Origin: an uncultured Desulfobacterales bacterium
Lineage (GTDB): Bacteria; Desulfobacterota; DSM-4660; Desulfatiglandales; HGW-15
DNA length: 54,832 nt
Assembly (NCBI GenBank): GCA_964591925.1
Contig: CAZQCK010000003.1
Span: forward strand, 2,936 to 57,767
Direction of reading: 5' to 3'
Part shown: piece by piece, positions 41,378 to 50,556 of the stretch
Layout of the letters: the number at the start of each line of letters is the position of its first letter
How positions within the stretch are numbered: position 1 is the first letter of the stretch
Translations under genes and position numbers: made by a program
Notes under the pieces: generated by a model
Database searches by the model: none
What the model was told of the DNA's origin: nothing
The model's input: the letters and a program-made list of their open reading frames with translations, nothing else

Positions 41378-42253
41378 ATGAAATACGCCCTCTTTCTCGG
41401 CTGCACCATACCGGCACGTTCCCGCAACTACGAACTCTCTTCTCGAAAGGTGGCCGAACGGTTGGGGTTGGAGCTGGTGGACCTGGACTCCTTCATATGC
41501 TGCGGGTTTCCCGTTCGAAGCGCAGATCTTCGATCAGCCACACTCCTGGGGGCCTACAATCTCGCCCTGGCGCAAAAGCAGGGCCTGGACATCTGCACCT
41601 TGTGCAGTTCCTGCACTTCCGCACTCACGGAGACGGTCCATCGTCTGGATCACGACGATTCTGAACGGAAAGCCGTAAACCAGGACCTCGATCGGTTGGG
41701 ACTGCGGTACGAGAAAGGGACCCGGGTCCGCCATTTCGCCCGGGTGCTCTACGAAGAGATCGGGAAGAACGAGATCGAACAACATATTCAAAAGCCGCTC
41801 GACGGGCTGAGGGTGGCCGCCCACTACGGCTGTCACTACCTGAAGCCCAGCGAGATCTACGATGCATTCGACGACCCGGAAAACCCCAGGACGCTGGACG
41901 AGCTGACCGCTTTGACCGGAGCCGTTCCCGTACATTACAAAGACAAAAAGCGGTGCTGTGGTGGACCGTTGTTGCCCGTAGACGAGAAGGTTTCCATGTC
42001 CGTGGCCAAAGAGAAGCTCGAGGACATCAAGGAGGCGGGAGCCGACGCAATCACCCTGGTTTGCCCCTTTTGTGCGGTCATGTACGACAGCAACCAGAAG
42101 GGGATCGAATCGGAGTTCGACGCGGAATACAACCTACCGGTCCTCTACCTCCCCCAGCTTCTAGGCATGGCCATGGGATTCGACCGCAAGGAATTGGGGC
42201 TGAACATGAACGTGGTCAAGACGAAAAAGCTCCTCGCACGCTTTTTCGAATGA
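41378..42253 (+). CDS. hdrB: Heterodisulfide reductase subunit B family protein
   Basis: FLGC, two CCG motifs (ICCGF, RCCGG), CSSC, AHYGCH, CPFC. Start MKYALF with GAGG RBS. Confidence 0.93.
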   Translation: MKYALFLGCTIPARSRNYELSSRKVAERLGLELVDLDSFICCGFPVRSADLRSATLLGAYNLALAQKQGLDICTLCSSCTSALTETVHRLDHDDSERKAVNQDLDRLGLRYEKGTRVRHFARVLYEEIGKNEIEQHIQKPLDGLRVAAHYGCHYLKPSEIYDAFDDPENPRTLDELTALTGAVPVHYKDKKRCCGGPLLPVDEKVSMSVAKEKLEDIKEAGADAITLVCPFCAVMYDSNQKGIESEFDAEYNLPVLYLPQLLGMAMGFDRKELGLNMNVVKTKKLLARFFE

Positions 42254-42304
42254 TGACCGCCTGTTGTACCGATACTCGGCGAAGCTCCACGCGCTTTGAC
42301 CTTT

Positions 42305-43021
42305 CTATACAGAAAACAGCCCTGAGTCGATAACGGACGGGTCCTCGTCTTTCAGCACTCGAAGGATCCTTTTATGGGTCCTTTGCTTCATCTCCAGAAT
42401 GACCTCCCGGCGCTTTCCCAACCCCGCTGCAAACCCTTCGGCCTCCGGCATCAGGTCCTCCAGCGCGCAGGCCCTGGTGACGAAACCTTTTCCCACGCAT
42501 TCCTCCGCGGTCAGGCGCTTGCCCGTGTACTGCATCTCCTCAAAGACCTGCCACGAAAGGGCCCGAGTGATGATCGCGATCATTCCAGGAAGAAAGGGGA
42601 TGCCCAGGTCCACTTCCGGGAAACAGAAGAAGCCCCGGTCCGAGCGCATGAAACGAAAATCAAAGGCACAGCAGAGAATGGCTCCGCCTGCGAACGCGTG
42701 TCCCGATACAGCGGCGATCGTCGGCATGGGATAGACCAGCACCCTTTGAAACAGGGCCATCATCTGACGGAAAAAGGCCTTGGCCTCCTCCTGTTGGCCG
42801 CCCTGAATCACCGGGACCAGCCATTCCAGATCGATGCCGTTGGAGAAAATCTTCTCGTGAGCCGAGGTCACCACCAGGGCGCCGGCCTCGGTCTCTTTCT
42901 CCACCTCGTCCAGCGCCTCGAGAAATGACGCCAGAAACGGAGGGTTGAATCGGTTCTCTCCGTCGCTGAGCGTGATCACGGCCACATTTCCCTTGTTCAC
43001 CGTCCACGTCACTCGATTCAT
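42305..43021 (-). CDS. Enoyl-CoA hydratase/isomerase family protein
   Basis: ENRFN, FSNGIDL, AAVSGHAFAGG, PEVDLG. Confidence 0.92.
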   Translation of the reverse strand: MNRVTWTVNKGNVAVITLSDGENRFNPPFLASFLEALDEVEKETEAGALVVTSAHEKIFSNGIDLEWLVPVIQGGQQEEAKAFFRQMMALFQRVLVYPMPTIAAVSGHAFAGGAILCCAFDFRFMRSDRGFFCFPEVDLGIPFLPGMIAIITRALSWQVFEEMQYTGKRLTAEECVGKGFVTRACALEDLMPEAEGFAAGLGKRREVILEMKQRTHKRILRVLKDEDPSVIDSGLFSV

Positions 43022-43350
43022 ACAAGCATCCCCTTCCTGGTTTGAACGGCGTTGCGTCAACACAAACGCCACAGCAAGTTGATTCGACACCAATCGCCTT
43101 CCCACCCCTCATCCCCTATGTCGTAGGTATCACCTGATCCCGGCGGATGAAGAGCGGTAGGGGTTGAACAGGAAAGATCGAGCATAAGCGCCCCCGCCGG
43201 ACGTGTCAAGACGGGCATTGGTTTTCACACTCTTTCACCTTGACCCTCCCGGGTCTTTTGGTTATGGAAAAGAGGGTATCCTTTGAAGCAACATCGGCAT
43301 TCAGGAGTCCACCTTTGCAGAATCCCGCCGAAAACACCCCAGCAAGCGCG

Positions 43351-43494
43351 GCCGGAGTGGCGGCCATCCCTTGCTCCATGTTCCGGGAAGAACGACACAG
43401 CGGAAAGACGCTCGTAAGGTTTTGTTTCTGCAAGCGTGAGGCCACCCTCGAACAAGCCGTGGACCGCCTCGAGGCGTGGCTCCGGAAAAAATGA
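43351..43494 (+). pseudogene. C-terminal remnant of a class I PLP aminotransferase (YbdL/kynurenine-glutamine transaminase type)
   Basis: GVAAIPCSMF...LVRFCFCKREATLEQAVDRL is the typical C-terminus; the stop overlaps the nitrilase ATG (ATGA); upstream sequence is unrelated. Confidence 0.75.
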
Positions 43495-44297
43495 TGCCTT
43501 TGAAGCTCGCCCTCGCCCAGATGGACATCGCCTGGCACGACCGGGAGGCGAATTACGATACCGCCCGGCGGCTCGCCCTGCAAGCAAAGGGTTCCGGGTC
43601 CCGGTATTTGGTCCTGCCGGAAATGTTCTCCACGGGTTTTTCCATGGACACGGAGACCACCGTGGAACCCCTTACCGGGCCTACGCCCTCTTTTTTGCGC
43701 TCTCTGGCCTCGGATCTCGAGCTGTGGATTACAGGGGGTTTTGTCCTCGCCCGCGAAAACGCACCTCCTCAAAATGTCTCGCTGACGGTGAACCCCGATG
43801 GATACGATGCGGCCCTGTATGCCAAGATTCACCTGATCGCCCTCCTCGACGAGCACCTCCACTACGGGCCGGGCCGTGTTCCGGTCCCATTCGACCTGGA
43901 CGGTATGAAAACCGCCTGTTTCATCTGCTATGATCTTCGGTTTCCCGAGTTATTCCGCTCCGTGGCCGACGACTGCGAACTGATTCTGGTAATCGCCTCC
44001 TGGCCTCAGACGCGCCAGGCCCACTGGGAAACCCTTCTCAAGGCCCGCGCCGTGGAAAACCAGTGCTATGTGGCAGGCGTCAACCGCGTGGGCGAAGGCG
44101 GAGGCCATGCCTTTGCAGGCGGCTCCGTGATCCTGGACCCTATGGGGGAACCATTGGCGCAGGCGGGCGACCAGGAGGCCTTGATCACGGCGCAAATGGA
44201 TCCCCGTCTCGTCCACGAGGTCCGCCGCGACTTCCCTTTTCTGCGAGACCGTCGCCGTCACCTCTTTGAAAAGGCCCGCGACTTTTCTCCATCTTAA
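43491..44297 (+). CDS. Carbon-nitrogen hydrolase (omega-amidase YafV/Nit-like)
   Basis: Glu-Lys-Cys triad: LPEMFSTGF, YAKIHL, ICYDLRFPE; ARAVENQ. Confidence 0.94.
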   Translation: MMPLKLALAQMDIAWHDREANYDTARRLALQAKGSGSRYLVLPEMFSTGFSMDTETTVEPLTGPTPSFLRSLASDLELWITGGFVLARENAPPQNVSLTVNPDGYDAALYAKIHLIALLDEHLHYGPGRVPVPFDLDGMKTACFICYDLRFPELFRSVADDCELILVIASWPQTRQAHWETLLKARAVENQCYVAGVNRVGEGGGHAFAGGSVILDPMGEPLAQAGDQEALITAQMDPRLVHEVRRDFPFLRDRRRHLFEKARDFSPS

Positions 44298-44336
44298 AAT
44301 CACAGCCTCCTCGACAATCGCTCAATTCAGGTTTGT

Positions 44337-44353
44337 CTTTTTGCGAGGCCATC
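44337..44353. repeat. Solo right end of MITE family A
   Basis: CTTTTTGCGAGGCCATC is identical to 10206-10222. Confidence 0.6.
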
Positions 44354-44402
44354 GGAAGTGTCAACTTCAACCATAAAACTCACCAATGCTTTCTCCTTGA
44401 TT

Positions 44403-44437
44403 ATGGCGCTTCCGCTCCGAGTACGCGGAAGCGCCAT
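44403..44437. terminator. Perfect 13-bp hairpin between convergent genes
   Basis: ATGGCGCTTCCGC-N9-GCGGAAGCGCCAT; the U-tract is weak. Confidence 0.55.
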
Positions 44438-44467
44438 TATATTTGACCCTTCTACTGGAACAAACAG

Positions 44468-46114
44468 TTACTTCCCGGCCATCATGGCCGCGATGTCCTC
44501 ATCCACAGTGCCGATTGGTTTGATATCGAATTTCTCCACCAGCACGTCAGCCACATTGGGTGACAGGAATCCCGGCAGAGTCGGCCCCAGCCTGAGCCCC
44601 TTGACCCCGAGGGAAAGCAGCGCCAGAAGCACGGCCACCGCCTTTTGCTCGTACCAGGCGATATCGTAAGACACGGGCAGCTCATTTATGTCGTTCAGGC
44701 CGAAGGCCTCCTTCAGCTTCAGTGCGATCACGGCCAGGGAATAGCAATCATTGCACTGACCGGCGTCCAGGATCCGGGGAATGCCGCCGATATCGCCGAG
44801 GTCCAGCTTGTTGTAACGGTACTTGGCACACCCGGCCGTGAGAATCACCGTGTCCTTGGGCAGGTTCTCCGCTACTTCGGTAAAATAGCTTCGAGCCTTC
44901 TGGCGGCCGTCGCACCCGGCCATGACCACAAAACGTTTGATCGCTCCCGACTTCACCGCGTCGATCACCTTGTCCGCCAGGGCCAGGACCTGGTTGTGTG
45001 CGAAACCTCCCACAATCTTTCCTGTCTCGATCTCTTCCGGCGGCGGGCACTTTTTGGCCGCTTCGATCACAGGCGAAAAATCCTTGGATCCGCCTTCGAG
45101 TCTGTCGGCGATGTGCTTAACCAAAGGGTAACCGACAACTCCGGTGGTAAAAAGCCTGTCCTGGTATGAATTGTCCTTTTTTATGGGAATCAGGCAGTTG
45201 GTAGTCAGAATAATCGGGCCGTTAAAGGACTCGAATTCCTTGTTCTGCTGCCACCACGACCCGCCGTAGTTGCCCACGAAATGGTCATACTTCTTGAATG
45301 CCGGATAGTAGTTGGCCGGCAACATTTCCCCGTGGGTGTAGACATCCACACCTGTTCCTTCGGTCTGTGCGAGCAGCTCTTCCATGTCCTTCAGGTCATG
45401 GCCGGAGATCAGGATCCCCGGGTTTTTGTTGACACCGATGTTTACCTCGGTGATCTCGGGATTGCCGTAGGCGCCGGTATTGGCCTCATCCAGAAGGGCC
45501 ATGGTATTGACCGCAGTCTCTCCCGCCTTCATGACCATGGCGATCATCTCATCCGTTGAAAGATCCCTGGTGGTGGATGCCAGGGCCTCCATGAGAAAGC
45601 CGTAGATATCATCCTTTTCATGATCGAGGATTGCGGCATGGTCGGCGTAAGCGGCGATTCCCTTGCACCCGATGGTGAGCAGTTCTCTGAGTGAGCGCAC
45701 ATCCTCGTTTTTCACGGACGTAATACGCACCTCATCGGCCATGGCCTTGGCCATCATTTCTTCCTTGTCATTCGAGGCCCATGTGGCGCAATCCGGGAGT
45801 GAATCGGGAACGGCTGCACCGACCTGTTCCTTTACCGCCTCCCGAACCTTCAGGGCCTCCCTGATACGGTCGATAATGACATCGTCGTCCCAGGCCACAT
45901 TGGTGATGGTGGTGAAGAGGGCCTTACAGATAAAACGGGCCGCGTCTTTATCCACAGAGCCCTGTTCTTTCAGCTTCTCTCCGTAGACCGATATGCCCTT
46001 GCACACATAAATGAGCAGGTCTTGAAGGTCCGCGGTCTCCTCGGGCTTGCCGCACATGCCTTTTACCGTGCAACCCTGGTTCTTTGCGGTTTCCTGACAT
46101 TGAAAACAAAACAT
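44468..46114 (-). CDS. hcp: Hybrid cluster protein (prismane; NO/hydroxylamine reductase)
   Basis: MFCFQCQET...[37 protein letters not shown]. Confidence 0.98.
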   Translation of the reverse strand: MFCFQCQETAKNQGCTVKGMCGKPEETADLQDLLIYVCKGISVYGEKLKEQGSVDKDAARFICKALFTTITNVAWDDDVIIDRIREALKVREAVKEQVGAAVPDSLPDCATWASNDKEEMMAKAMADEVRITSVKNEDVRSLRELLTIGCKGIAAYADHAAILDHEKDDIYGFLMEALASTTRDLSTDEMIAMVMKAGETAVNTMALLDEANTGAYGNPEITEVNIGVNKNPGILISGHDLKDMEELLAQTEGTGVDVYTHGEMLPANYYPAFKKYDHFVGNYGGSWWQQNKEFESFNGPIILTTNCLIPIKKDNSYQDRLFTTGVVGYPLVKHIADRLEGGSKDFSPVIEAAKKCPPPEEIETGKIVGGFAHNQVLALADKVIDAVKSGAIKRFVVMAGCDGRQKARSYFTEVAENLPKDTVILTAGCAKYRYNKLDLGDIGGIPRILDAGQCNDCYSLAVIALKLKEAFGLNDINELPVSYDIAWYEQKAVAVLLALLSLGVKGLRLGPTLPGFLSPNVADVLVEKFDIKPIGTVDEDIAAMMAGK

Positions 46115-46180
46115 GGCGCATTCTCCTTTTTTTAGTGTTATGGATCCGTATTCCCTAACCCGACTTTACGGCCGAAAATA

Positions 46181-46200
46181 AAGACCTGGTGCTTGGTCTT
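46181..46200. promoter_or_regulatory. Inverted repeat upstream of hcp (candidate operator)
   Basis: AAGACC-N8-GGTCTT in the DUF1858-hcp spacer. Confidence 0.3.
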
Positions 46201-46257
46201 AATTCCGGAGTTAAAGGCCTATTTGAAACTCCGGCCAGCCGGTCCGGGGACTCGAAA

Positions 46258-46455
46258 TCAGGCGCCGACAGCCTCTCTCAGGTCTTTCAGCAAGTGCTCC
46301 AAATCGATGCCGTATATGCGGGCTACGTCCTCGAGAGTATGAAACGTTTCACTCTGACACCCTACGCAAAGCATCCTTCTCCTGATAAAGACGTCTATCG
46401 CGGCCGGATGGCACTTCAAAAACTCGCTGACCGTCATTTTCGAATCAAGCTTCAT
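46258..46455 (-). CDS. DUF1858 domain small protein
   Basis: MTVSEFL..HP.AIDVF....MLCVGC.....TLEDVARIYGID; this family is often found next to hcp. Confidence 0.88.
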   Translation of the reverse strand: MKLDSKMTVSEFLKCHPAAIDVFIRRRMLCVGCQSETFHTLEDVARIYGIDLEHLLKDLREAVGA

Positions 46456-46463
46456 GATAACCC

Positions 46464-46505
46464 ATTATAGTTCGCTCAGCATCTTTGTCTTTGCGCCGGC
46501 GCAAA
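46464..46505 (-). promoter_or_regulatory. Class II Crp/Fnr-type promoter with an NnrR-type box
   Basis: Perfect palindrome TTTGCGCCGGCGCAAA (46490-46505) centred about -41 relative to a perfect TATAAT (46469-46464). Confidence 0.8.
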
Positions 46506-46581
46506 CAACGGAAATAAAACGACGCGGGTTGATATTTATTAATGAGGCGAAATAAGGACCACGAAACAGGAGGGAAATGGG

Positions 46582-47283
46582 TCAACCGGTCTCTGCAAAC
46601 GCCACCAGGGCATGGGGGTCTGTAACAACGATACGCTCTCGACCGGAAGCGACCCAGCCTCTTTTCTTCCAGTTGCTGAGCGCCCGGCTCACCGTATACA
46701 GGGTGGTGCCGGTGTAGTCGGCCAGATCTCGGCGGCTGAGGCGGAAATCAATGAGAACGCCCTCGTCGGTCTTCCTTCCGGATTGCCTCATGATGCGCAA
46801 AACAGCCCGGGCGATGCGCTGCTCCACACGTTCCGCCTGAAGCTCCAGATAGCGGTTCTGAATATCATCCAGACGATCCAAGGCCGTACGCAACATGTTG
46901 ATTGCCAGCGGCGGATGAGCCGCCATGAGTCCTAGTATGGTTTTTCGGTCCCACGAAATCACTTCGGATGGGCCGACGGCAACCGCAGTGGCCGGGTAGT
47001 CTTTTTCACAAAAGACAGCTACGGCTGCTGTTATTTCACCGGGATGGATATAGCGTACAATGGCCTCCCTGCCCTCTTCGTGCAGTTTGCCCAGCTTGAG
47101 ACGGCCATGCTGGACCCCATAGCATCGAACCGCTGGATCTCCTTGGGAAAAAAGCGTTTCTTCCGATTCGAGAAGGGTCCGGCGGCCGCTGTTGAGGATA
47201 TCGGCATGCTCTTCAGCGGGAATGCCGGAAAACAAGGCTGACCGGGAAAAGGTGCCGGTATAAAGTGGCGTTTCCCTGTTCAT
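46582..47283 (-). CDS. Crp/Fnr family regulator, NnrR-like
   Basis: YPATA in the sensor domain, ERVEQRIARA, IDFRLSRRDLADYTGTTLYTVSRALS HTH, DPHAL. Confidence 0.9.
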   Translation of the reverse strand: MNRETPLYTGTFSRSALFSGIPAEEHADILNSGRRTLLESEETLFSQGDPAVRCYGVQHGRLKLGKLHEEGREAIVRYIHPGEITAAVAVFCEKDYPATAVAVGPSEVISWDRKTILGLMAAHPPLAINMLRTALDRLDDIQNRYLELQAERVEQRIARAVLRIMRQSGRKTDEGVLIDFRLSRRDLADYTGTTLYTVSRALSNWKKRGWVASGRERIVVTDPHALVAFAETG

Positions 47284-47394
47284 TCTGTCCCCTGAATTGC
47301 GTTTCAGGTCAGGTAAGAATCTCCTCGGCTATATCGGAATAAAGCATATGGGCGAGCCTCAGACCCCGGCTTGCGGGTGGAGCGTTTCACCGGC

Positions 47395-48102
47395 TCACTG
47401 CACCGGGAAGTCGAAGTAGGTACCGGGAAAGGGCTCCGGCTTCAACATGAAGTGCCACCATTCCTTTGAGTAGGGCTCGAACCCGTGCCGCATCATGGCC
47501 ATGCGAAGCAGCAGTCTATGGGCGCGCTGCTCAGGACTCATGGCCGGATGGTCAGGCCATGAGGCCCGCCCGAAAAAATCGAAGCCCGAGCCCATGTCCA
47601 GCTCCCGTCCTCCGCCCTCACCGTCCAGGGCGATCAGGGTCAGATCCACCGCACTGCCCCGGGTGTGACTGGAACGGGCTGCGATGTATCCCTGCTCGAA
47701 CAGGCCGGCCTTGTCCACGTCCGGGTAGTAGCGCGGCTTCATTCGGGTGTCATCCAGGTCCTGGGCCCAGCGAACGAAATGATCCACTGCACTTTGGGGC
47801 CTATACGCATCGAACACCTTGAGGCCGAGCCCGAATCGCTTCAGGTCGCCCTGCACCTTGGAGAGGGCGACGGCGGCCTGCATGGACAGGATGCAGCGGG
47901 GTGCCAGATACCCGTCGATCCGCTCGCCGATGAAGTTCTCTCCGCTGTAGTACCGCAGGTCCACCACGATGTCGGAGGCCACGTCTTTCAGGTACACGAA
48001 GCCCTCCGGGAGATCGCCGGCCTGGGAGTGCGCTGCGGCCGCCCAGCACCCTATCACCAAAACCAGCATTCCGATCCACAACCGTTTTCCGTACCTGCTC
48101 AT
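47395..48102 (-). CDS. D-Ala-D-Ala dipeptidase (M15D, VanX/DdpX family) with signal peptide
   Basis: DAYRP, SSHTRGSAVD, DMGSGFDFF, EWWH. Confidence 0.93.
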   Translation of the reverse strand: MSRYGKRLWIGMLVLVIGCWAAAAHSQAGDLPEGFVYLKDVASDIVVDLRYYSGENFIGERIDGYLAPRCILSMQAAVALSKVQGDLKRFGLGLKVFDAYRPQSAVDHFVRWAQDLDDTRMKPRYYPDVDKAGLFEQGYIAARSSHTRGSAVDLTLIALDGEGGGRELDMGSGFDFFGRASWPDHPAMSPEQRAHRLLLRMAMMRHGFEPYSKEWWHFMLKPEPFPGTYFDFPVQ

Positions 48103-48345
48103 GCTCGGCCTCCTCCATGCTTTTCTTCCGGAACACGTGAAAGGTAGTTGCTTTTTGAGTGGCAGGATACCGAAAGACATCTTTGGGCGTCAACCAGAAC
48201 GCATAACACCTGAAAGCGATTGTCGAGTTTGCCGAAGATGCAAGAGTTTCGGGGTTTTTGCAGGCCGTCAAAAGTTCGGCTTCCTGCGCCTCTGTCGATC
48301 ATGTATACTCCCCCGAAAACAAACAATTCATTAAAGGAACCAGCC

Positions 48346-49419
48346 ATGGCCGAAGACGTCTATCAAAAGCTCTGCGACGCGCTGGAGAAGCGCCCCGGCA
48401 GGTACCGGGGCCTGGACATCCCCGAGTTCTACGAGCTCGCCCGGGAGCTCTTCACGCCCGAGGAGGCGGCCATGTGCACGGCCCAGCCCCGCGGCCTTCA
48501 GACCGCCGCACGCATCGCCGGCGAGATGGGAAAGGACGAGGCCGAGGCGGCCCCGGTCCTGGAACGGATGGCTGAAAAGGGTCTCTGCTTCACCATGGAA
48601 AAGGACGGACGAACCCTGTACGCCCCCCTCCCGCTGGTGCCGGGCATCTTTGAGTACCAGTTCATGCGCGGCACGGACACGGACCGGGACCGGCGCATCG
48701 CCCGGCTCATTCGGCGATACAAGGAAGCCTTTGACGCGGCCCGGGGCGTGCCCGAGGAGACCTTCCCCTCCACCCGGGTGATCCCGGTGGACCGCAAGAT
48801 CGAGGCGGGCAGCCGGATCCACACCTACAGCCAGGTTCTCTCATACATCGATCAGTTCGAGCCCATTGCCGTGGCCACCTGCTACTGCCGCCACCAGGCC
48901 CGGCTCATCGACGAGAGCGACCACTGCGGAGCTCCGGACGAGGTGTGCCTCCAGTTCGGGGCGGGCGCCCGCTTCGTGATCGACCGGAACATGGGGCGGG
49001 AGATCGACAAGGACGAGGCCCGAGAGATCCTCCAGCGCAGCGAGGAGGCCGGCCTGGTCCACTCCACCGTGAACCGGCAGGACATCGACTGGCTCTGCAA
49101 CTGCTGCTCCTGCCACTGCGTGCTGCTCAAGACCGCCCTGGCCACACCTAAACCCGGCCTCTTCATGAACTCAGGGTACCGACCCCGGGTGGATGCGGAC
49201 CTATGCACGGCCTGCGGCCTCTGCGTAGAGCGCTGCCCGGCCTCGGCCCTCTCCCTGGAAGCGGACACACCCGACCTCGACCTGGACCGGTGCATCGGGT
49301 GCGGGGTGTGCGCCACCGGTTGCCCCGAGGAGGCGGTCACCCTGGAGGAGCGGCCGGGCTTTGACCCCCCGCCCCAAAATCGCAAGGCCTATCGCGAGGC
49401 CCTTCAGGCCAACCGCTGA
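48346..49419 (+). CDS. 4Fe-4S-binding protein of unknown function
   Basis: CYCR...C...C...CNCCSCHC cluster plus two CxxCxxCxxxCP motifs; AAGGA RBS. Confidence 0.88.
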   Translation: MAEDVYQKLCDALEKRPGRYRGLDIPEFYELARELFTPEEAAMCTAQPRGLQTAARIAGEMGKDEAEAAPVLERMAEKGLCFTMEKDGRTLYAPLPLVPGIFEYQFMRGTDTDRDRRIARLIRRYKEAFDAARGVPEETFPSTRVIPVDRKIEAGSRIHTYSQVLSYIDQFEPIAVATCYCRHQARLIDESDHCGAPDEVCLQFGAGARFVIDRNMGREIDKDEAREILQRSEEAGLVHSTVNRQDIDWLCNCCSCHCVLLKTALATPKPGLFMNSGYRPRVDADLCTACGLCVERCPASALSLEADTPDLDLDRCIGCGVCATGCPEEAVTLEERPGFDPPPQNRKAYREALQANR

Positions 49420-49455
49420 GCGTGAATTCCAACCTCTCTCAGAGGAGCATAGCTG

Positions 49456-50556
49456 ATGAACGGAAAGCAGAGAATCCTCACCGCGCTCGAGCTCAAGGAA
49501 CCGGACCGCGTTCCCCTGTACATCCACGGGATCAACGAGGCCCCCATCATAGGGATCGGCAGGCACCTCACCACCGGCCTTCCTGAACCCCGGGATTTCC
49601 GGCTCATGAATGAGGCGGACAAGCTCAAGCTCGTAGACACCCTGTTCATGATCCACGAGCAGTTCGACATCGACGGCATCACGACCTTCGAGATCGGCCA
49701 CGAGACCCGAGTGGACGACCTGCACGTGAAGGACGGATTCGGCGTGGTCTACAAACTGTCCGAGCACGGCATCCCCGTACCCGTGGGCCACCCCGTGAGC
49801 TCCCTGGAGGAGCTGAAAGCCTTCCAGCCCCCAGCGCCCAAACCAGAAGACCTCGGGCTCCTGTACCTGGCCCTTGACCGGTTCAAAGGGGAGAAGGCCG
49901 CCTTCTGGCTCATGAGGGGCTCGTTTGTCCGTTCCTGGCGTCTGATCGGCATGACCAACTTCATGATGAGCATCTACAACTGCCCCGAGCTCATCCACGA
50001 GGTCGCCCGAATGATGCTCGAGTTCAACCTCGCCCAGCTCGACCTGCTGGCCGAGGCCGGTCTGGACGTGCTGGTCATTGAGGACGACATCGCAACGGTC
50101 GACCGGCCCATGATCTCCCTGGATCATTTCAAGGAGTTCGTAAACCGCTACAACCGGCCCCTCGTCGAGAAGGCCCATGAAAAGGGCCTGAAGGTGGTCC
50201 GCCACTCGGACGGCAACCTCTGGCCCCTGATGGACACCCTCCTGGAGACCGGCTACGACGGCATCAATCCCCTGGAACCCCAGGCCGGCATGGAGATCAA
50301 AAAGGTGAAGGCCTGGTGCGGGGACCGCATCTGTCTCCTGGGCAACATCGACTGCGTGGACCTCCTGCCCTCGGGTACCCCGGAGCAGGTGGAGCAAGCG
50401 GTCATACAAGTCATCGAGGACGGGGCCGAGGGAGGCGGCCTGATCATCTGCTCGTCCAACTCCCTGCACCCGGGCGTCAACCCGGAGAACTGCATGGCCA
50501 TGTTCGAGGCCGTGCGCAAACACGGCCGGTACGAAGGGACCACAGCCCATGCCTAA
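49456..50556 (+). CDS. UroD/MtaA-like (corrinoid methyltransferase family) protein
   Basis: EPDRVP, DDIA....MIS, HSDGN, GINPLEP, LLGNID, GGGLIICSSNSL. Confidence 0.88.
   Translation: MNGKQRILTALELKEPDRVPLYIHGINEAPIIGIGRHLTTGLPEPRDFRLMNEADKLKLVDTLFMIHEQFDIDGITTFEIGHETRVDDLHVKDGFGVVYKLSEHGIPVPVGHPVSSLEELKAFQPPAPKPEDLGLLYLALDRFKGEKAAFWLMRGSFVRSWRLIGMTNFMMSIYNCPELIHEVARMMLEFNLAQLDLLAEAGLDVLVIEDDIATVDRPMISLDHFKEFVNRYNRPLVEKAHEKGLKVVRHSDGNLWPLMDTLLETGYDGINPLEPQAGMEIKKVKAWCGDRICLLGNIDCVDLLPSGTPEQVEQAVIQVIEDGAEGGGLIICSSNSLHPGVNPENCMAMFEAVRKHGRYEGTTAHA

Noticed and set aside
43125-43170. TPP-riboswitch-like ACCTGATCC...GTAGGG
   Set aside because: It lacks the CUGAGA and P2/P3 elements and is not upstream of a thiamine gene.
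45948-45956. DnaA box TTATCCACA
   Set aside because: A single box inside the hcp coding sequence, with no cluster or unwinding element.
47395-48102. vanX as a vancomycin-resistance locus
   Set aside because: No vanH/vanA/vanRS; a stand-alone M15D dipeptidase is common in Gram-negative bacteria.
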